Virus record (IMG/VR): IMGVR_UViG_3300045581_000978
Coordinates: 2,699 to 66,698 of that record
DNA length: 64,000 bases
Direction: 5' to 3' (one strand)
From: a virus
The position numbers were made by a program, and so were the translations under genes. Under the pieces are notes generated by a model. That model was not told where the DNA came from. It searched no databases and saw only the letters and a program-made list of their open reading frames with translations. The stretch's first letter is position 1; each line of letters starts with the position of its first letter. Positions 9,242 to 19,653 of the stretch are shown piece by piece.

Positions 9242-9655
9242 TTATACCCTTGTCATTTGTACAGAAGCTGCGTCTACTTTTTTTCTAAATTGATCAGCTA
9301 ATTTGTCTGCAGCGTCCGCCATTTTTCGCTTTGCACCGCCTAATTTCCGCGCTGTTGGACTTAAAGCTTGTTTAGCTAAGCTTTGATCCGGTATACCTGC
9401 AATCGCTCCTATAGCTGAAATTACAGTACTGGAATCCTCAGCTTCTTCTTCAGAAGGTTTAGTAACGCTCTTAATTTCAAGCTCAACCGTTCTACCATCT
9501 GGTAATTTTACTAAAAGAATATCTTTAAATACTTTAGCTTCTACTTCAACACCTAATTTAATTAGCATGCGCTGCAATGTTCTTTTTGCATCTATTAAAG
9601 AATCTAGATCTACATCAGGCGTGTTACCCTCTACAATTTCGAGAAATTTACTCAT
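9242..9655 (-). CDS. Hypothetical late protein
   Basis: AATAAATA 9661-9668 (-), 5 nt upstream; N-terminus MSKFLEIVE. Confidence 0.65.
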   Translation of the reverse strand: MSKFLEIVEGNTPDVDLDSLIDAKRTLQRMLIKLGVEVEAKVFKDILLVKLPDGRTVELEIKSVTKPSEEEAEDSSTVISAIGAIAGIPDQSLAKQALSPTARKLGGAKRKMADAADKLADQFRKKVDAASVQMTRV

Positions 9656-9663
9656 GAATATAT

Positions 9664-10110
9664 TTATTTAAATAGAGCAAGTTTATTGGATACTTGCTTA
9701 AAGTAAATATCCTTAAGATATTTTAAATCATTCTTTTTTACATATTTCATAAACTTTCGAAAAAAAGCATTACTTTTTTCACTATTAAATATCTCCATAA
9801 CACTAAAAACCTCTTTGATGATGTATAGTTCTTGAAAATCTAATTTAGTTTCATCTATAAAAAATACAGGCTTATTAATCTTGCAGCATTTTTTAAAATT
9901 GCAAATACTAATTATTATATTATTTATTAATAATTTTTTTGTATCCGGATTAGCAATACAATATGGCATATTGTATTTTTGAGTCTCTACAGCTGTTCTT
10001 CTGAACGCGTCTTCAATCGCACTGTTTAAAGATATAGTTCTTTGGCTTTGACACTCTGAGATTAATGATTCCGTTATAATAGTCATCGCGTAAAAGTACT
10101 TCTTCGTCAA
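9664..10110 (-). CDS. Hypothetical protein (start uncertain)
   Basis: ORF track; overlaps the GIY-YIG gene, true start may be 10086 or later. Confidence 0.45.
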   Translation of the reverse strand: MTKKYFYAMTIITESLISECQSQRTISLNSAIEDAFRRTAVETQKYNMPYCIANPDTKKLLINNIIISICNFKKCCKINKPVFFIDETKLDFQELYIIKEVFSVMEIFNSEKSNAFFRKFMKYVKKNDLKYLKDIYFKQVSNKLALFK

Positions 10111-10435
10111 ATTGTATTTTAGCTTCTCTATATGCTAGTGCAAATTTAGAATCGCATAGCTCTAATATTTCAAATTTAAAATTTTCTTTACCGTATTTTA
10201 AAATATCTTCATTTAATTCACGTGATGAGGAGGTATATTCTTTCCAATTTGTTTCAATTACCTCGCAACGCTTATTCTTTTTACCTTTAAGAGGTTTTCT
10301 CTTTAAGATAGATTTACATTGTTTCTTACCGATGTATTTACGGTTATTAGTTAAACATGTTATTTTATATATAAATCCGTAAGGTATATTACCTTCTTCA
10401 ATTATAATATTCGTAGACCAATGACCTAAATCCAT
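10013..10435 (-). CDS. Stand-alone GIY-YIG nuclease domain protein
   Basis: YGFIYKITCLTNNRKYIGKKQ, WKEYTSSS, FKFEILE, YYNGII. Confidence 0.8.
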   Translation of the reverse strand: MDLGHWSTNIIIEEGNIPYGFIYKITCLTNNRKYIGKKQCKSILKRKPLKGKKNKRCEVIETNWKEYTSSSRELNEDILKYGKENFKFEILELCDSKFALAYREAKIQFDEEVLLRDDYYNGIINLRVSKPKNYIFKQCD

Positions 10436-10656
10436 TATTTTTTATTTATTTTTTTACGCTTTTTACGTTTTTTACGCTTTACTAACCCCGATCGAGAGTA
10501 AACAGCACTACCTTTAGGTATTCTAGCATCACCTGGTGCATAAAAATCTGAACCAGAAATACTATCAGGCGAAAATCCTCCTGGAGAAGATCCAAGTGCA
10601 CCGGCAGCTGTCATACTCTCGTAGAAATATTTTTTAAATGTTACAGTTGATTTCAC
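10435..10656 (-). CDS. Small late protein with polybasic tail
   Basis: GTG start; TATAAATA at 10666-10673 (-); ends KRKKRKKRKKINKK. Confidence 0.65.
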   Translation of the reverse strand: MKSTVTFKKYFYESMTAAGALGSSPGGFSPDSISGSDFYAPGDARIPKGSAVYSRSGLVKRKKRKKRKKINKK

Positions 10657-10675
10657 TATATAATGTATTTATAAT
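10647..10675 (+). promoter_or_regulatory. sigma70-like promoter of uvsY (TTGATT-N17-TATAAT) overlapping the opposite-strand late promoter
   Basis: Direct reading; 6 nt to GTG 10682. Confidence 0.7.
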
Positions 10676-10681
10676 AATTCT

Positions 10682-11077
10682 GTGGAATTGCTAAAAAGAT
10701 ATAAAGAAGAAATCGGAGCTGATTTACTTATTACTGATTTTAATATAAAAGATATACAGTTAAAATTACCTTCTCGTAAGCATTTCTGGGCTGCACGGTT
10801 AATTGATGCTAAAATTACTCTACAAAATCTTCATAAAAGAAAAAAATCTCTGAAAAAAGATTTAGTTGGTAGAATTATTGCTGAGGCTCCTGTTAAAATT
10901 ACTCAACAAACAGCAGAAGCAGCAGCAGAATCTACAGATGAACTAAGTAATATAAACGATTCTATAAAAGAATATGAATTTATTATTGAATACTTGGAGA
11001 AAGTAGAGAAAATAATGGGTGGAATGGGATATGATATTAAAAATATCATTGAGATACAAAAATTAGAGCAATTATGA
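10682..11077 (+). CDS. uvsY: Recombination mediator UvsY-like
   Basis: Size, helical composition, C-terminal YDIKNIIE; immediately upstream of uvsW as in T4-like phages. Confidence 0.7.
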   Translation: MELLKRYKEEIGADLLITDFNIKDIQLKLPSRKHFWAARLIDAKITLQNLHKRKKSLKKDLVGRIIAEAPVKITQQTAEAAAESTDELSNINDSIKEYEFIIEYLEKVEKIMGGMGYDIKNIIEIQKLEQL

Positions 11078-12525
11078 TACAGTTTGACTACTCTAAGTCT
11101 ACGCGCAAGTTAATTATTAAGTGCGACGATAGAGATATATTTGAAAATATGCGGGAACATTTTAGTGTTGAAGATAAAAACGCTATTTTTATTCAAAGAC
11201 GCTTTAGATCGCGAGGAGTTAAACTTCCTTCACGTAAGTATGTAATTACACCTACAGGTTTATGCGATTTAGGATTATATTGGGAGGTGAGACGTTATCT
11301 AATAGCTAATCAAATTACAGAAGATATAAAAATATCTGATAAACTGAAAGAAGGTCTGAATATAGGTAGAGATATTGATATATATACTGATTTCTCACTA
11401 GAGTTGAGAGATTATCAGAGTGAGGTCATTAAGAAAGCTATTAAAAACGGTTGGGGTACTTGTGTTTTAGGTACCGGAGCAGGTAAAACATTAACGACAG
11501 CAGCTTTAATTGAAAATTACTACCGCAATTCAAAAAATAAAGATCTGTTTAAGTGTATTATGATTGTACCGGATTTAGGCTTGGTACAGCAGACCTATGA
11601 TGAGTTTTTAAAATGTGGTATTTCCTTTAAAGTTACTAGATGGACGGGTAATAATAAACCAGATTTAACTTCTAACGTTATTATTTGCAATATTCAAATA
11701 CTACAATCACAATTCGAAGTTAATGAGTGGGCAAAATTTGTAGATCTTTTAGTAGTTGATGAGTGTCATAAGATAAAACCTTCGAATAAGATTAGTAAAA
11801 TTATTAATTTAATCAAAACAAATCATCGTTATGGGTTTACAGGCACTCTTCCATTAGATAGTATAGAAAAGTGGTATATAGTAGGTAAGCTAGGACCTGT
11901 TTTGTACGAGAAAAATAGTTATGAGCTTAGGTTAGAAAGCTATCTTACTAATGTTGAGATTAAAATATTAAATCTTAAGTATACTAATCAAATAGTACCT
12001 CGACTTACTGATAGTGCTTACAGAGATGAATTAAATTTTATTTATAATCATGAAGGTCGTAATAAAATTATTGCAGGCTTGGGCAATAAACTACAAAACA
12101 ATACACTTATACTTGTTAATCATATAGCTCATGGTGAATCTCTGCTTGAGATAGTTAAAAATGTTTGTAAGGATAAGAGAGTATTCTTTATTAGAGGTGA
12201 AGTTAGTGTTGATGAAAGAGAAAACATTAAAAAGCTAATGGAGCTCTATGATAATGTTGTGTGTATAGCTATAAGCGCTATATTTTCAACAGGAGTTAAC
12301 ATTAAAAATCTTCATAATATTATGTTTGTATCTGGAGGTAAGTCTTTTATTAGAACCGTACAGTCTATCGGCCGTGGTTTACGGTTACATGATAATAAAA
12401 CTAAGCTAGTAATCATCGACATCTGTGATAACCTACATTATAGTAAGCTGCACTCAGAGAAAAGAAAAAATATTTATAAGGCAGAAAAAATACAATATAT
12501 AGAAAAAGATATTGATATTTTATAA
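11074..12525 (+). CDS. uvsW: SF2 DNA helicase UvsW
   Basis: LRDYQ, GTGAGKT, DECH, GFTGT, FSTGVNI, QSIGRGLR. Confidence 0.92.
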   Translation: MIQFDYSKSTRKLIIKCDDRDIFENMREHFSVEDKNAIFIQRRFRSRGVKLPSRKYVITPTGLCDLGLYWEVRRYLIANQITEDIKISDKLKEGLNIGRDIDIYTDFSLELRDYQSEVIKKAIKNGWGTCVLGTGAGKTLTTAALIENYYRNSKNKDLFKCIMIVPDLGLVQQTYDEFLKCGISFKVTRWTGNNKPDLTSNVIICNIQILQSQFEVNEWAKFVDLLVVDECHKIKPSNKISKIINLIKTNHRYGFTGTLPLDSIEKWYIVGKLGPVLYEKNSYELRLESYLTNVEIKILNLKYTNQIVPRLTDSAYRDELNFIYNHEGRNKIIAGLGNKLQNNTLILVNHIAHGESLLEIVKNVCKDKRVFFIRGEVSVDERENIKKLMELYDNVVCIAISAIFSTGVNIKNLHNIMFVSGGKSFIRTVQSIGRGLRLHDNKTKLVIIDICDNLHYSKLHSEKRKNIYKAEKIQYIEKDIDIL

Positions 12526-12545
12526 ACGTATATAATAATAAAGGT

Positions 12546-12983
12546 ATGTCTAAAGAGAACTATTATGTGGATCCTACTGAATTTAAAGAGTCATTACGTA
12601 GGTACTATGCTACTGACGTCTTGACAGACGATTTAGCTGAAAATATTAAAAAAATAGCCTACGGTTTAAGTTATAATAGTTCTTTTATTAACTATACTTA
12701 TAAAGACGATATGATAGGTGATTCTCTTATTAAGATGTACTCCGCTCTTAAGGGTAAAAAGTATAAATTTAGTGCAGATTCTAATCCGTTCTCTTATTTT
12801 ACAACTATTGCATTTAATGCTTTTGTAAATCGTATTAAGAAAGAAAAGAGACATCATGAGGCTGAGCGTAATTACAGGGATAGAGTATACGAGGATCTAA
12901 TGACCGATCCTAAATCCGGTAGTAGTTCGATTTATGTTAAGCCTATGGGAGGTGAAGACGACGATTTCTATGATCAAGATTAA
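12546..12983 (+). CDS. gp55: Late-transcription sigma factor
   Basis: YYVDP.EF, IAYGLS...FINYTYKDDMIGD, NPFSYFTTIAFNAFVNRIKKEK. Confidence 0.9.
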   Translation: MSKENYYVDPTEFKESLRRYYATDVLTDDLAENIKKIAYGLSYNSSFINYTYKDDMIGDSLIKMYSALKGKKYKFSADSNPFSYFTTIAFNAFVNRIKKEKRHHEAERNYRDRVYEDLMTDPKSGSSSIYVKPMGGEDDDFYDQD

Positions 12984-14019
12984 TAAACCTAAAGTTGCAG
13001 TCGTTTCTGACCTGCATTTAGGAGTGCACACTAACAGTACGCAGTGGCACTCTATAGCTATTAGTTGGGCTCGTTGGTTTAGAGACGAGCTAAAGCGACA
13101 AAAGATAAAAGATATCATATTCTGTGGAGATTGGTATCATAATAGAAGTGAGATATCTGTTAATACCTTGCAGGTATCGGCCGATATTATAAAAATATTA
13201 GAAGATTTTAATATTATTGCTTTAGTAGGTAATCACGACATCTACTATAAGAACAGAACAGATGTTAACTCTCTTTCAATCTTTAAAAATAGTAAAAATT
13301 TTACTGTTATAGATAGATTTACGGTAGTAGAAGCATTTGATAAGGTGATTAGTTTATGCCCTTGGGGTACCGCAGTTGATCAGATAGTAGATTGTGATGT
13401 AGTATTCGGTCATTTTGAGATTGAATCCTTTAAAATGAATACTTTTAAGGATTGTGATCATGGTTTAGGAATAAAAGATCTCTTATCTAAGAGCTCATTG
13501 ATTATTTCTGGGCACTTTCACTTTAGACATGAAAAATCCTTTAAGGATGGTAAGATTTTATATGTAGGTAATCCCTTTCAAATGGATTTTGGTGATTGTG
13601 ATAACTATAAAGGTTACTATACTCTTAATCTTGATGATATGAATTATGAATTTACAGAAAATATTATATCTCCTCACTATAAAAAGATATCTCTTAGTGA
13701 CCTCGTAAGAGCAAAGACGATAACACCGGCTATTAGCTCAACTTTTGCTAATAATATAGTTAAATTTAAGATAGATAAGAATATCTCGCAAGAAGATTTG
13801 AGTATATTAATGTCTAAGCTTAATTTACTTAAGCCAGAGTCACTTCACGTAGAATATGATGTATCTGGCACTGCAGTCACAGGAGATAACACAGAAAAGG
13901 ATCTATCGGGTATAGATATTTCGTGCGCTATAGGAGAATTTATAAATTTATTGGAGATTGATAATAAAGAAGATATACTAAGTCATACTTTAGAGTTATA
14001 TCATAAGTGCATTGCATGA
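12970..14019 (+). CDS. gp47: Mre11/SbcD-like recombination nuclease
   Basis: SDLHLG, CGDWYH, GNHD, GHFE, SGHFH metallophosphoesterase motifs; start MIKINKPK. Confidence 0.9.
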   Translation: MIKINKPKVAVVSDLHLGVHTNSTQWHSIAISWARWFRDELKRQKIKDIIFCGDWYHNRSEISVNTLQVSADIIKILEDFNIIALVGNHDIYYKNRTDVNSLSIFKNSKNFTVIDRFTVVEAFDKVISLCPWGTAVDQIVDCDVVFGHFEIESFKMNTFKDCDHGLGIKDLLSKSSLIISGHFHFRHEKSFKDGKILYVGNPFQMDFGDCDNYKGYYTLNLDDMNYEFTENIISPHYKKISLSDLVRAKTITPAISSTFANNIVKFKIDKNISQEDLSILMSKLNLLKPESLHVEYDVSGTAVTGDNTEKDLSGIDISCAIGEFINLLEIDNKEDILSHTLELYHKCIA

Positions 14020-15824
14020 AAAAAGTAAATTTTACCAAAATAGTAATTCAAAACTTCTTATCCGTAGGCGAAACTCCGGTTGAGGTTGAATTCCGTAAAG
14101 GATTACATATTTTAACAGGGGATAACAAGGATAAGCCCGATCGTCAGAACGCTGTAGGTAAGTCTACGGTTGCTGATGCTATTTATTTCGCTGTTTTCGG
14201 TGAGACTCTACGTGAAATTAAGAAAGAACTTATTACTAACAATATTACAGGTGGTAAGGCTCAAGTAGAATTGTTTTTTGACGTTAATTCACCAAAAGGC
14301 AATAATAAATTTCATATTGTTAGAACTCTCTCCCCTACAAAAGTAAGTGTTTATAAGGATGGAGTTGATAAAACAAGAGATAGTATAGCTAATACAACAA
14401 AATATATTTGTGAGGTACTTAGTGCATCTCCCGCCATCTTTCAAAACTGTGTCATAATGACTGTAAACAATACTGTTCCTTTTATGGCTAAGAACAAGGT
14501 AGAAAAGCGCAAGTTTATTGAAGATATCTTTGGTATGGAGGTATTTAGTAAAATGACTTCAGCCTTGAGACAGGACTATAACGATATTAAACGAGAGTTT
14601 GATGTTAGTAATTCTAAGCTTGAAGAGATTAATAAAAACCTTATTAACTATAATGAGCAGAGGCAGAAAATCTTAGATAAGAAGGAAGAAAAGCGTAAAT
14701 TATACCTAGAAAGGCAATCTGCAAATGCTTCTGAATTAGATAAACTTAGATCTGAATTACATGAAGATATAAATCTACCGTCTGTTGACGATATTAAGGA
14801 AGTAATTGATAAATTAGAACAAAAATTAACTGATACGGACGATTTGCTTTCCAATCATATAGATGACCGTTCAAATAAGAAAGCTAATCTACTACATAAG
14901 AAGGATATTTATAAAAAAATAGGAACAGATGATGATACCTGCCCTATATGTCTAAGAGCAGTTCAAGATCATGATAAAAATCATATTGAAAGTGAAAAGG
15001 AGAAATTAAAACTCGAGCTCATCGATATGGCTGGTGAAATAGAGACCGTTAATACAGAGATTAACAATCTTGAAAATCTTAAACAACGAATTAAGAAGGC
15101 TATTCAAGATAAAAATAAACTAATTAACGAAACCAGTTTAAGTATACAACATAACAATAATATAAAAACAAGAATCAATCAATTATTATTATGGCAGGCA
15201 GAATTAGTTGAAGATTTAAACGCTTTAAGTAGTACAAGCACTGAGTTTGATGATCTTATAACTGATACAGATAAAAAGCAGGTTGATCTAGCTGATCAAG
15301 TTAAAGAAATATCTAAGAAAATAGGAATCTTAGATGTAGTAAAATTTGTTATTAGTGAAGAGGGTGTCAAGTCATATATCGTTAATAAATTACTCGAACT
15401 TCTTAATAATAGACTATTTTATTATCTCAAACAATTAGATTCTAATTCGATTTGCGTATTTGATGAATATTTCGAGGAACAAATTGTTAACGATAACAAT
15501 AAAATATGTTCTTACTTTAACTTCTCCGGCGCCGAGCGTAAGGCTATTGATTTAGCGTGCTTGTTTGCTTTTTCTGATATAAGACGCATGCAAGGCGGCG
15601 TTAGTTATAATATTGCAATATATGATGAGCTTTTTGATTCTTCTTTTGATGAGAAGGGTATTGATCTCATTACCAATATCCTCAAAGCTCGTGTAGAAAC
15701 GCTTGATGAATGCTCTATAGTTATATCACACCGCAAAGAATCGATTAAAGAAGTAACCGGAGATGTTATTTATCTTGTTAAGGAGAACGGCATCACGCGT
15801 CGAGTTGACTATCTAGACTATTAA
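14016..15824 (+). CDS. gp46: Rad50/SbcC-like recombination ATPase
   Basis: QNFLSVG, NAVGKST, CPIC zinc hook, FSGAE signature, YDELFD, ISH; ATGA overlap with gp47. Confidence 0.92.
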   Translation: MKKVNFTKIVIQNFLSVGETPVEVEFRKGLHILTGDNKDKPDRQNAVGKSTVADAIYFAVFGETLREIKKELITNNITGGKAQVELFFDVNSPKGNNKFHIVRTLSPTKVSVYKDGVDKTRDSIANTTKYICEVLSASPAIFQNCVIMTVNNTVPFMAKNKVEKRKFIEDIFGMEVFSKMTSALRQDYNDIKREFDVSNSKLEEINKNLINYNEQRQKILDKKEEKRKLYLERQSANASELDKLRSELHEDINLPSVDDIKEVIDKLEQKLTDTDDLLSNHIDDRSNKKANLLHKKDIYKKIGTDDDTCPICLRAVQDHDKNHIESEKEKLKLELIDMAGEIETVNTEINNLENLKQRIKKAIQDKNKLINETSLSIQHNNNIKTRINQLLLWQAELVEDLNALSSTSTEFDDLITDTDKKQVDLADQVKEISKKIGILDVVKFVISEEGVKSYIVNKLLELLNNRLFYYLKQLDSNSICVFDEYFEEQIVNDNNKICSYFNFSGAERKAIDLACLFAFSDIRRMQGGVSYNIAIYDELFDSSFDEKGIDLITNILKARVETLDECSIVISHRKESIKEVTGDVIYLVKENGITRRVDYLDY

Positions 15825-15838
15825 GTAAATATCACCAT

Positions 15839-17053
15839 ATGTTAGTACAGCCGTTTGCTAATCCCTTCACATCACCGTTTGTAAATCCGTTTGGAGGTAG
15901 TATAGCGGCACCTAAAGTCGAATTAAACCCTCAGCCTCGCGAGCTTTCTTTACCTAGATATGTTAATTATTTAGCTGACTATTCAGGATGTGGTTACTGG
16001 AGAATTATTTGGCCTGAAAATCATATTAATGAAATGGGTATAGGTTGTTCTTCCTCTTTAACAGCTATGGTGTTTGATCCTAGATGGTATAGAGGGGTTA
16101 AGGCAGTTAAGTTACAAAGGCAAGCGTCTGACGATCAACGAGAATTTGTTAAATACCTTAAAGAGGTTCAAAAAGAACATAAATTCAGATTAATTTACGA
16201 GGTAGATGATGTTGTCTTTAAGGAAGATATTCCTGATTACAATAAATTTAAATTCGCATTTGATAATGAATCGATTCGTACTAACTGCATTGAAATTATT
16301 AACTTATGTGATGAAGTAACGGTTACTTGTGAGTATATGAAAAAATTATACCAGGAAAAAACCGGCAAACAGGAAATAACTGTTGTACCTAATTTTGTTC
16401 CTTATAACTGGATGGGTTATGTATATGATAGACGTAAGGTATATGATGCCTATGATAAGCATAAGAAAAAACCACGCATACTTTATACTGGATCTGGAGC
16501 TCATTATGATGTAGATAATAAAAATGGGGGTATAGATGATTTTTCTCATATTTTAAGTTTGGTAGAAAAAACAATCGACAAATATCAGTGGGTATTCGTT
16601 GGTTCCTTCCCGCCACCTCTGGCTAAGTATGTTCAGCAAGGTAAAATCGAATTTCATAACTGGCAGCCACTAGCTGTATATCCACAATTCATAGCTAATC
16701 TTCAAGCACAGGTTATGATTGCTCCTTTACTAGATAATAGCTTTAATAGGTCTAAATCTGATATTAAATTCATTGAAGCCTGTGTATTAGGTCTTCCATG
16801 CTTTGTGCAGGATATGGAAACCTATAAAAATGCACCAGAGTTCCTTAAGTTTAAGACTGCAGAAGATCTAGAGCATAAATTAGAAATTCTTCTCAAGAAT
16901 AAAGCCAAATATTATAGCAACGTTGATATTTATCGTAAAATAGGTGAGCAAAGATTCCTTGAACGCCCAGAAAATATAGGTTGTCACTTAGAAGTTCTTA
17001 ATACGCCTTACGGATCTCCTGAGAGAAAATATTTAAAGCGATGGAATAGTTGA
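15839..17053 (+). CDS. GT-B fold glycosyltransferase
   Basis: DYSGCGYWR, YEVDD, CDEVTVT, VVPN, APLLDNSFNRSKSDIKFIE. Confidence 0.7.
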   Translation: MLVQPFANPFTSPFVNPFGGSIAAPKVELNPQPRELSLPRYVNYLADYSGCGYWRIIWPENHINEMGIGCSSSLTAMVFDPRWYRGVKAVKLQRQASDDQREFVKYLKEVQKEHKFRLIYEVDDVVFKEDIPDYNKFKFAFDNESIRTNCIEIINLCDEVTVTCEYMKKLYQEKTGKQEITVVPNFVPYNWMGYVYDRRKVYDAYDKHKKKPRILYTGSGAHYDVDNKNGGIDDFSHILSLVEKTIDKYQWVFVGSFPPPLAKYVQQGKIEFHNWQPLAVYPQFIANLQAQVMIAPLLDNSFNRSKSDIKFIEACVLGLPCFVQDMETYKNAPEFLKFKTAEDLEHKLEILLKNKAKYYSNVDIYRKIGEQRFLERPENIGCHLEVLNTPYGSPERKYLKRWNS

Positions 17054-17077
17054 ATTTAGATAGAATAAGGTTATAAT
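17050..17077 (+). promoter_or_regulatory. sigma70-like promoter of gp43 (TTGAAT-N16-TATAAT); -35 built from the upstream TGA stop
   Basis: Direct reading; 8 nt to ATG 17086. Confidence 0.7.
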
Positions 17078-17085
17078 AATCTTAT

Positions 17086-19653
17086 ATGTCTTATCGAAAT
17101 TGTGTATATAGCAGCCGAACTCAATCAGTTCGGCTCTTTACCTGGGATGCTGATGGTAAGCGTATTCAGTGTGACGCGTCTGTATCTCCTTACCTGTATG
17201 TTGAGGATAATGCCGGTGATAAAACTACAATTTTTGGTACTAAGGCTAAGAAGAAGACGTTCAATAACGGTTATGAACGTAATAAATTTTTACAGGATTC
17301 AGGAATTAAAAGAGTATATGAGAATCTACCTGTAATTCAGCAATACTTAATTGATTCGTTTTGGACTGAGAATGAAAAACCTGAATTTGCTAAAAACAAG
17401 CTTAAAGTTACCTTTATAGATATTGAGACCTACTCTGTAGATTCATTTCCTAATATTGATGATCCAGATCATACCGTGAACGTTATTACTTGTTATGATA
17501 ACTTCACAGAAAAGTTTCATACGTTTGGCTTAAAGCCTTATAATGGCACTAATAAAAAGATAAAATACACTCACTGTAAAAATGAACGTGATCTGTTTAT
17601 AAAATTTATCGAGTATATCGAATCAGATTACCCGGATGTTCTAAGTGGTTGGAACTCAGAATTCTTTGATATACCTTATATTGTTAACAGGTGCGAGAGA
17701 ATATTAGGTCAAGAGTATGTAAATAGACTCTCACCTACAGGCAATGTATATTATCGCGAGGTAATGGGTAAGTTTGGCCGTCAACAAAAGCGCTATTATA
17801 TTGAAGGAGTTGCTTGTATCGACTACTTGGACATTTATAGACGATTCTGTCTTAAGCTTAGAGAATCTTATAAGCTAGATGCAATCGGTGAGATAGAGTT
17901 AGGTGAGCGCAAGGTTGATTATGGTGATATGAATTTATCTACTCTTGCAGATACAGATTGGACTAAGTTTGTTGATTACAACATTCAGGACGTTAATCTT
18001 CTTGTAAGACTAGAGGATAAGCTTCAGTATGTGGTGTTATTAAGAATGTTAGCTTATGTAGGTTTAACTACTCTTGAAGGTGCTATGGGTACTATATCCG
18101 TTATTAACGGCGCGCTAACCATTAGAGCAAGGAAGCGTAAGGAAGTATTATCGACCTTTATTCGCAATCAAGGAGCTGGTAAAAATCCTGGTGCGTATGT
18201 AGCTGAACCTAAAACCGGATTTAAGAATAACGTAGTTTCATTCGATGCTAACTCGCTATACCCTAACGTTATGATCTCTTTAAACCTATCACCAGAGACA
18301 AAAATCGGTAGAGTAGAAAAGAACGACAATGGTAATGTTAACATATATCATGTCTCAGGAAAGTGTATTGAGCTTACACCGGAGAAGTTTGGTACATTTT
18401 TAAAGTCTGAAGAATGTTCCTTAACCAAAGCAGGATTCTTGTTTACTCAAAAGAAAAAAGGTATTATACCTGAGTTTCTAGATTATTATTATAACGAGCG
18501 AGTTAAGATCAGAGAGGAACTCTTTAAGGTTAAGCAGCAGCTAGCAAGTCTTAAAAAGAGTGATAGTAATTATACTAATTTAAAGTATGAAGTTGAGAGG
18601 CTCAATACAAAGCAGATGGTTATTAAAATTCTTATTAACTCTGCATACGGTTATATGGGTAACAAGCAAGCACCTATCGGTGATGATGACATCGCTTCAT
18701 CAGTTACTCTAACAGGGCAAGCAATTATTAAACAAGCTGGTAAGTTGCTCCAAGAATATCTTACTGAAAAATTTAATGTAACGGATCAAAACGTACTGGA
18801 TGAAAGCTGGGTATACTCTGATACAGACTCTTGCTATTTCTCCTTAGATTGTATTAAGGATAGAGTACCCATTAAAGCTAATGAGGATATTAACCCTGAG
18901 TTTTATAATGTAGTAGGTGATATTGAAAACTATCTCAATAAAAATATTACTACCTGGGCTGAAAAAACCTTAAGAACAAAAGATAGTAGGTTCGTATTTA
19001 AGCGTGAGTGTATAGCTGATGTAGGATTATTCCTTCAGAAAAAAAGATACGTTATGCATATTCTTGATGACGAAGGTATTAAGGTAGACAAGTTTAAGTA
19101 TACAGGGGTTGAGGTTGTTAGGACGTCTATGCCTAACGCAGTTAAGCCTTATGCAAAGAAGATTATTGAAACAATGCTTTTAACCCAATCTCATCATCAA
19201 ACTAACAAGGTGTTAAAGGAGACATATGAAGTATTTAAAACTCTACCTATCGAAGACATAGCATTTGTTATGGGTGTTAAGGGCTATGAAAAATACGCTA
19301 CTCAGTGTAAGGAGTTCAATATAGCGAAGAAGACACCGGTTCATGTTAAGGCTGCATATCTTCATAACTTTATTAATAAGAAGCTTGAAGTAGACAAGAA
19401 ATATGAGGAGATATCTTCCGGTGACAAAATTCGTTTTTACTATACCTTACAACCTAATAGATATGGTATTGATGTAATTGGATTCAAATATAATAGACCG
19501 GATGAATATGAGGAGTATTTTAAGGTCGACTATGAGAAGATGTTTGAAAAGATTCTATATAATTCTATTGAAAGGTTCTATGACAACGTTAAGTGGCAGA
19601 TTAGAAAACCTACCGATAATGTTCAAACAGAGCTTTTCGACTTGTTTAACTGA
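17086..19653 (+). CDS. gp43: Family B DNA polymerase
   Basis: DIET exonuclease motif, SFDANSLYP, KILINSAYG, YSDTDS, KKRY; C-terminal ELFDLF clamp-binding-like peptide. Confidence 0.97.
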   Translation: MSYRNCVYSSRTQSVRLFTWDADGKRIQCDASVSPYLYVEDNAGDKTTIFGTKAKKKTFNNGYERNKFLQDSGIKRVYENLPVIQQYLIDSFWTENEKPEFAKNKLKVTFIDIETYSVDSFPNIDDPDHTVNVITCYDNFTEKFHTFGLKPYNGTNKKIKYTHCKNERDLFIKFIEYIESDYPDVLSGWNSEFFDIPYIVNRCERILGQEYVNRLSPTGNVYYREVMGKFGRQQKRYYIEGVACIDYLDIYRRFCLKLRESYKLDAIGEIELGERKVDYGDMNLSTLADTDWTKFVDYNIQDVNLLVRLEDKLQYVVLLRMLAYVGLTTLEGAMGTISVINGALTIRARKRKEVLSTFIRNQGAGKNPGAYVAEPKTGFKNNVVSFDANSLYPNVMISLNLSPETKIGRVEKNDNGNVNIYHVSGKCIELTPEKFGTFLKSEECSLTKAGFLFTQKKKGIIPEFLDYYYNERVKIREELFKVKQQLASLKKSDSNYTNLKYEVERLNTKQMVIKILINSAYGYMGNKQAPIGDDDIASSVTLTGQAIIKQAGKLLQEYLTEKFNVTDQNVLDESWVYSDTDSCYFSLDCIKDRVPIKANEDINPEFYNVVGDIENYLNKNITTWAEKTLRTKDSRFVFKRECIADVGLFLQKKRYVMHILDDEGIKVDKFKYTGVEVVRTSMPNAVKPYAKKIIETMLLTQSHHQTNKVLKETYEVFKTLPIEDIAFVMGVKGYEKYATQCKEFNIAKKTPVHVKAAYLHNFINKKLEVDKKYEEISSGDKIRFYYTLQPNRYGIDVIGFKYNRPDEYEEYFKVDYEKMFEKILYNSIERFYDNVKWQIRKPTDNVQTELFDLFN

